In this document: positions 26,952 to 32,000 of the stretch, in pieces
Position numbering within the stretch: the stretch's first letter is position 1
How the letters are laid out: the number at the start of each line of letters is the position of its first letter
Position numbers and translations under genes: made by a program
The notes under the pieces: model-generated
The model's database searches: none
Seen by the model: only the letters and a program-made list of their open reading frames with translations
What the model was told of the DNA's origin: nothing
Assembly: GCF_018882415.1 (NCBI RefSeq)
Contig: NZ_JACVOL010000001.1
Coordinates: 875,531 to 907,530 of the forward strand
Origin: Polynucleobacter sp. 86C-FISCH
Lineage (GTDB): Bacteria; Pseudomonadota; Gammaproteobacteria; Burkholderiales; Burkholderiaceae
Direction: 5' to 3'
Length of the DNA: 32,000 nt

Positions 26952-28226
26952 CTATGCCAATTGCTCTGCCGCCATAGTAGGAGTTAGTTTGGAATAGTGC
27001 CGCTCAATCATCGCGGCACTATTTCCCATTTGCTTAGCCAGCGTGTGAATATCAGTCTTATTCTCCAGTAGCTCTAAAGTCGCATATGTATGACGCAATG
27101 AATACAAAGTACGCATTTGCCCATCTTGACTCTTACCCAATCCACTATCACGCATGAGTTTCTTAAATGTCCCATCTATACGCAAAGGCTGATGTCCGTC
27201 TGCCATTACAAATATCTTTTGCGGGGCACGAGATTCAAATAATCTATCAAATGGAATGTCATATACGGCTTTTTGACGACTATGTAATCGTCTAAGAACA
27301 TCAATAGCCCTATGTTTAGCAATTAACCAACGCCCACCAGTTTTGCCATCCACCCATATACGCAAGTACTTCTTGCCATCATTTGTGTGCCACTCAATGT
27401 TATTCCAACAGATATTAAGTGCCTCAGTGCCATGCCGCATTCCAGTCAATAACAGCATCTCTACGTAATCTCGCACTAATGGACGAATCTCACGCTCAAT
27501 CTCTAGACGACCTTCTTTAGCCCACCTCTCCATATAGTCAAATAACTTGGTAATCTCTTCGCGGCTAAATGCTGGGCGAGTTTTGCCCTTGTGCCCTCGG
27601 GAAGTTAACTTAGGGATTGCCACACGCTCACTAATCCACCCCTTATTAACAGCCGTCTGCTGTAACTTTGTCCAAGCACTAGAAAAGTTCATTAGGGTGC
27701 TGGCTTTGGGCACTAGTCGCATTTGTCTGTTTCGCCAAATCTCAAACTCATGAACGTCTGTGTAGGTTATTTCTTCTAGTCGCTTATCCTGAAAGTAAGG
27801 CAAGAAGTATTTCTCAATACAAGTGATGTAACTTAGGTAAACCACCTTACCAATGCCTTCATCCAAATCACGTCGCATTTCGTACAGAGTGGTGTGCGCT
27901 ATTTCTGCGAACGTAGGAGCTTTTTGCGCAAGCCCCAAACGCTGGCGAAATCTGGCTTCATCGTATAAGTCACAGGCCACTCTGACAGCATGCTCAATTG
28001 AAGCTTGCTTAGTTGAAACACGCTCCCATGTGCCGTTTTGTCGTTTAAAACGACATTGCCAGAGAGGGCTATTTGGTCTACGGAAGATAACAACCTCACC
28101 ATCACGCAGATAAAGCTCTGCGGGCTCTGCGTATTTAAGTTGGCTAAGTGTTGTGGGTTGGTGATGCTGAGGTGGTGAGGGTATAACTTCTAGATTTATA
28201 AGTTTAGTTACTACGCCCTTAGGCAT
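26952..28226 (-). CDS. Tyrosine-type site-specific integrase
   Basis: A 424-aa ORF with an N-terminal arm/core-binding region and a C-terminal catalytic domain (LLLTGMRHGTEAL, YSLRHTYATLELL, IERHYSKL). Confidence 0.9.
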   Translation of the reverse strand: MPKGVVTKLINLEVIPSPPQHHQPTTLSQLKYAEPAELYLRDGEVVIFRRPNSPLWQCRFKRQNGTWERVSTKQASIEHAVRVACDLYDEARFRQRLGLAQKAPTFAEIAHTTLYEMRRDLDEGIGKVVYLSYITCIEKYFLPYFQDKRLEEITYTDVHEFEIWRNRQMRLVPKASTLMNFSSAWTKLQQTAVNKGWISERVAIPKLTSRGHKGKTRPAFSREEITKLFDYMERWAKEGRLEIEREIRPLVRDYVEMLLLTGMRHGTEALNICWNNIEWHTNDGKKYLRIWVDGKTGGRWLIAKHRAIDVLRRLHSRQKAVYDIPFDRLFESRAPQKIFVMADGHQPLRIDGTFKKLMRDSGLGKSQDGQMRTLYSLRHTYATLELLENKTDIHTLAKQMGNSAAMIERHYSKLTPTMAAEQLA

Positions 28227-28229
28227 GGA

Positions 28230-28262
28230 CTTGCTGTAAAAATTTTGAACTCATACAGCAAG
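28230..28262. repeat. 9-bp stem hairpin between the helicase stop and the integrase start
   Basis: The hairpin is CTTGCTGTA-N15-TACAGCAAG. On the minus-strand RNA its 3' arm ends 3 nt before the integrase ATG. On the plus strand it is followed by TTTATTTT. Confidence 0.5.
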
Positions 28263-28302
28263 TTTATTTTCAGAGATTAGGATTGGGCAACCTACGATAA
28301 GG

Positions 28303-31300
28303 CTATTTATTCAGGGAGATGTATGCTCCATTGCGCTGAAACAATTTACCCACCTCCCTGTCTAATACCTTTTGAATAACGATTTTTAAATCGGGTCCGC
28401 ATCTCTGGAAACCAAACAATCTAGATACTTGCTGTACAAGTTCAGCATCTTCTATTTGTACACTACTTTTAACTAAATGCTCTAACGCAACAGCTATCTC
28501 AGCAGGAGGAATGTATTCAGCCTTTTCAAGATTCTTATTAACAACAGATGATCTATTCCGCACAACTTTGTTAACCTCTCCAGCAACAGACCAAAAGCCA
28601 CCTTCATTTGTAAGTCCATTTGCTAGCCTTAAGCCCTCAACCGTAGCCGCAACAATCCTTGCTCCAGCCTTCTCTAAGTCAAATGCCTTGGCAACCCTTC
28701 TTGCCACTTCATCTTGATGAATTGGAGCCTCAATCTCAACAATCTTTTTGACTAGCTTTGACCTCTCATAAACAGAAACTTCGTGGGGAGCCTTGTTTCT
28801 TGAGAAAAATTTCTCATTAGATTCAACATAAGGAACGACTACATCTCTTGGCTCATCCACAATTGCTTGGGGCTCAAAAATATCGACGCTTGGCTCAACC
28901 ACCTCTGGGTTAACTTCTTCTATCTCGCTAGGGTTCTGTAGAGAAGCCAAATAGTCCAATAATTTTGCTTCTTGGTCTTGGCGCCTATGGAACCAATCAG
29001 TGCTCCATATTCTGTAAATCTTCCAGCCACGACTCTCTAAAATCTCTTGTCTAAGTCTATCTCTATCCCGCGCAGATCTAGAAGAGTGATAAGTTGCGCC
29101 ATCACACTCAATACCGCAATAAAACTTGTTTTCATTGCTTGGATCAATTACCCCTATGTCGATAAAGAATCCTGCCATACCAACTTGAGGCTGAACTTTA
29201 TATCCATGTTTAGCAAGAAACATAGCAACGGATTCTTCAAAATCACTATCAAACCCTTTTTTAGTATTGATAGGAACATCAAAGTATCCTTTTTCAGCAA
29301 ACTGAAGAAATTCTTTAAATGCGTTAACACCCAATTTCCCAGGAGCAGACTTAACATCTTCTGCCGTTATGGAAGAAAAGACGGTACACCTTTCCTTGGC
29401 GCGAGAAATTAATACATTCAGCCTTCTTTCTCCACCTTCTGCCGCTAAGGGCCCGAAGGTCTGAGTTAAGCGGCCATCCTCGCTTCTTCCATAACCAACA
29501 GAAATGAAGATTACATCTCTCTCGTCGCCCTGAATAGACTCTAGATTTTTAACAAAGAAGTGTTCATTTTTCGCATCAGAGAAAAATGCTTCTGTATCAG
29601 GATTTTTTCTTCTGTGCTCATCAACCAAATCACGAATAGCATCCCGTTGCGTTACCGAAAATGCCGCAACACCCAAAGATTTATTTGGATTAGCCTTAGC
29701 AAACGCAATTACTTCTTTGGCTATTAACTCAGCCTCCAAAAGATTTCTACCGCCATCAGAACCACCTCTTTTATAACCATTCTGCGGAGACTTAATAAAA
29801 GAAACTCCTAAGCCATCAGCATAGTTACTTCTTAATACAGAAGGTGGAAGCAGAAGCTTATCGTCATAAAAATTTCTATTGGATACAGCAATTAAACCGG
29901 GATGTTGACTTCGGTAATGCCATCTGAGCATCGCATTATTTTGAAATACTCCATCACACAACCCTAAAATACTTTCAACATCACTAAAGAAATAAGCGCC
30001 ATCATCATCAAGCATCTCTTCTTGATCTACATCATCAGTGAGTCTATTAAAGAAATTTGTAGGCGGGAGTTGCTTGGCATCACCCACAACTACAACCTGT
30101 TTAGCTCTCGCAATTGCTCCCAAAGCATCTTCCGGCTTAACCTGACTGGCCTCGTCAATTAATATCAAATCAAATGTCATTGACCCTGGAGCCACAAACT
30201 GGGCTATTGACATAGGGCTCATCAAAAATACAGGCTTAAGCTCATGAATGGCTCGCCCTGCCTTGGAAAGCAGTTTCCTTACAGGGAAATTATTTCTCTT
30301 TTTGGACATTTCTTGACGAATAATTGCCATCTCGCCATTAGTTCCCCGAGGACAATTTTTTGAATAATTGCCTAAAACTTCCTTGGCTGCTATTTTCAAT
30401 CTGTCTTTATCTGACTTGCGGAACTTGTCCAATTCACGATCTAATTTAAACGCATCAATATCTGACAAATAAGTGTCAGAAATAACCATAGCCTGCCATA
30501 TCTTTTCTAGGATTGAAACGCGAATTACAGCTTCAATATGATCAGCCTGAATTTGACCCTTAAATATTTTGTCGTGACACTCCGACCCAATCTCATCAAA
30601 TAAATTACTTAGATGGTTGCGAACTGTCGGCCATTCGTTAAATCTATCTAAATTTTCACTCCACTGCTTTACTTGTTTATCTAAATCCAAATATGGCAAT
30701 GGTTTTAAAAACTCAATGTTTATTTTTGCTGACTGACAAGAAGTTGTTAACTTGTCCTCAAACTCTTTATTTGCTTTTTTAAGATCGTCAACCAAATCCC
30801 AAGCACTTTGTTTGCCAACTAAATTTTTAGCAATGCGCAATCTAATGCCATCTAGACCAGCAAATATCAAATGCCAGTTAGCAACTTTCAATAAAAGCTC
30901 ATAATCACTTTGCTCTTGCTTCCAAAGCTCTTCTAATGCGCTCACCAACTTAACATCAGCGACCTTAATATCTTCTCTATTCTTTTTAAGTGTCAGCGCC
31001 TCATCCAAAAGAGCGAGCCGATTTTTAAACCCTTTAGGTAAATCGCTTTTTAATAAACCCTTTAGGCTTGCTATTGAGCTTCTATATACACCATTAAATA
31101 TTGAAAAAATTGAACCGCCACTACCCGCTAGCTTCACCCTTAATTCACCTATCGGGTAAGACTCCCATCCATCAATGAACTTCTCTTCAACAGTCTTTTT
31201 AGCTTTTTGATATCCCTCAATTTTCAAAGCCAACTCAGATAATTGGCTCGCATTTTCTTTAATCTTTTCTGAAAGAAGTATTTCGTATGAAACCGCAGGC

Positions 31301-32000
31301 GCATCTTTGATTGTTGCTGTTATTTCAAACAACCAATTCAAATCTTCTAATGTAAATTTTTCAACATCACTCAATTCCAACTGAATGGCAGCAATCACTC
31401 CATTGAATAGCGTTTGAGCTGAATTATTTAATAAACTTAATTTCTCAAATTCACCTTCCAATCTCTCGATATCCATTGGGGTTAATGAATTAGATGTAGA
31501 CATTCGCCAAGGATGATTTTCAGGAATGCCTGATTTTTTTAATCGCTCACTTAAATCACTTAAACGATTAGTTAAATCATCCAGCTTATCTTTTGTGTAG
31601 CCTATGGCATTTGGAATTTCAAAGAAGAAAACATTTAATCCCAAACGATGAAGTTTAGAAATTTCACCAAGTACCTCATAAGGAGTGAACCCCCAAGGCT
31701 CTTTACGATCATTTACTCGTTTGGCATGATTATTCAGAAAATTTTGACTTTCTGTTAATGCCTCAAACGCTTTGCCTGAAACTTGTAATTGATCAGGCAA
31801 CTCAACTGAATCTCTTATTTGCTTGAGAACGCCACTCTTTGTCGCCTTCCTACTATGTAGCTCAAGGCAGGTAACGCCCAAACCAACTTTCGCCAATCTT
31901 TCGTGTACAACATTAAGTGCTGCCATTTTTTCGGCAATAAACAGAACCTTCTTGCCTTGCGCCACTGCGGCCGCAATGATATTGGTGATTGTTTGAGATT
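28303..32000 (-). CDS. Giant SF1 (Upf1/Dna2-like, AAA_11/AAA_12) helicase fused to a DUF559/Vsr-like endonuclease fold and a DUF3320-like C-terminus; N-terminus off-window
   Basis: The frame stays open past the GTG at 31965 to the window edge (...SQTITNIIAAAVAQGKKVLFIAEKMAALNVV, the tail of a GKSQTI-type P-loop). Helicase motifs present are LILIDEASQV, VVGDAKQLPPT, WHYRSQHP, IQGDERDVIF and GGERRLNVLISRAKE. The nuclease-fold block is FFIDIGV...CGIECDGATYHSSRSARDRDRLRQEILESRGWKIYRIWSTDWF. Confidence 0.88.
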   Translation of the reverse strand, partial: SQTITNIIAAAVAQGKKVLFIAEKMAALNVVHERLAKVGLGVTCLELHSRKATKSGVLKQIRDSVELPDQLQVSGKAFEALTESQNFLNNHAKRVNDRKEPWGFTPYEVLGEISKLHRLGLNVFFFEIPNAIGYTKDKLDDLTNRLSDLSERLKKSGIPENHPWRMSTSNSLTPMDIERLEGEFEKLSLLNNSAQTLFNGVIAAIQLELSDVEKFTLEDLNWLFEITATIKDAPAVSYEILLSEKIKENASQLSELALKIEGYQKAKKTVEEKFIDGWESYPIGELRVKLAGSGGSIFSIFNGVYRSSIASLKGLLKSDLPKGFKNRLALLDEALTLKKNREDIKVADVKLVSALEELWKQEQSDYELLLKVANWHLIFAGLDGIRLRIAKNLVGKQSAWDLVDDLKKANKEFEDKLTTSCQSAKINIEFLKPLPYLDLDKQVKQWSENLDRFNEWPTVRNHLSNLFDEIGSECHDKIFKGQIQADHIEAVIRVSILEKIWQAMVISDTYLSDIDAFKLDRELDKFRKSDKDRLKIAAKEVLGNYSKNCPRGTNGEMAIIRQEMSKKRNNFPVRKLLSKAGRAIHELKPVFLMSPMSIAQFVAPGSMTFDLILIDEASQVKPEDALGAIARAKQVVVVGDAKQLPPTNFFNRLTDDVDQEEMLDDDGAYFFSDVESILGLCDGVFQNNAMLRWHYRSQHPGLIAVSNRNFYDDKLLLPPSVLRSNYADGLGVSFIKSPQNGYKRGGSDGGRNLLEAELIAKEVIAFAKANPNKSLGVAAFSVTQRDAIRDLVDEHRRKNPDTEAFFSDAKNEHFFVKNLESIQGDERDVIFISVGYGRSEDGRLTQTFGPLAAEGGERRLNVLISRAKERCTVFSSITAEDVKSAPGKLGVNAFKEFLQFAEKGYFDVPINTKKGFDSDFEESVAMFLAKHGYKVQPQVGMAGFFIDIGVIDPSNENKFYCGIECDGATYHSSRSARDRDRLRQEILESRGWKIYRIWSTDWFHRRQDQEAKLLDYLASLQNPSEIEEVNPEVVEPSVDIFEPQAIVDEPRDVVVPYVESNEKFFSRNKAPHEVSVYERSKLVKKIVEIEAPIHQDEVARRVAKAFDLEKAGARIVAATVEGLRLANGLTNEGGFWSVAGEVNKVVRNRSSVVNKNLEKAEYIPPAEIAVALEHLVKSSVQIEDAELVQQVSRLFGFQRCGPDLKIVIQKVLDREVGKLFQRNGAYISLNK

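Larger units (their letters stand above)
21258..32000. mobile_element. Integrated genomic island at tRNA-Phe (right end off-window)
   Basis: The left border is the tRNA-Phe 3' fragment. The content is two tyrosine recombinases plus orphan genes, and the composition is visibly more AT-rich than the core. No core housekeeping genes lie to the right of 21258. Confidence 0.7.

Noticed and set aside
28511-29412. Plus-strand and short minus-strand ORFs inside the helicase gene (28511-28717, 29047-29412, 29154-29357).
   Set aside because: They are antisense or out of frame relative to a 3.7-kb ORF with clear helicase and nuclease motifs.

Overview
This is 32 kb of a moderately AT-rich betaproteobacterial chromosome. 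Gene order and protein sequences look Burkholderiales/Polynucleobacter-like, but that taxon call is recollection, not a computed result.

Positions 1-21.2 kb are conserved core:
- gatC-gatA (minus), divergent from a complete rod-shape operon mreB-mreC-mreD-mrdA-rodA.
- HU, an LpxO-like lipid A hydroxylase, YggU, beta-carbonic anhydrase and an LpxL/HtrB-type acyltransferase.
- A metallophosphoesterase plus a Ser/Thr-kinase::USP fusion, then a pseudouridine synthase.
- prfC, which is abnormal: no canonical start codon upstream of its P-loop, and an in-frame TAG.
- Small membrane and lipoprotein genes, an EamA transporter, and MOSC-GNAT-histidine phosphatase genes.
- A tandem glycine riboswitch whose only downstream gene is a 63-codon orphan ORF.
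- MAPEG, haloacid dehalogenase and a peroxiredoxin.

At 21258-21302 lies the 3' half of a tRNA-Phe(GAA), with no 5' half, next to what looks like its native terminator. From there to the window end is a visibly AT-richer genomic island containing:
- small orphan ORFs and a ~700-nt ORF-free segment;
- a FimB/FimE-sized tyrosine recombinase with the catalytic domain only;
- a divergent module: a 296-aa orphan on one side, a 255-aa orphan plus a 226-aa collar-less clamp-loader (RFC)-like AAA+ ATPase on the other;
- a 424-aa tyrosine integrase;
- a >1230-aa SF1 Upf1/Dna2-like helicase (N-terminus off-window) fused to a DUF559/Vsr-like endonuclease fold and a DUF3320-type tail.

The island cargo is the best candidate for an undescribed defence or mobility system. 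I saw no CRISPR array, rRNA or intact tRNA.
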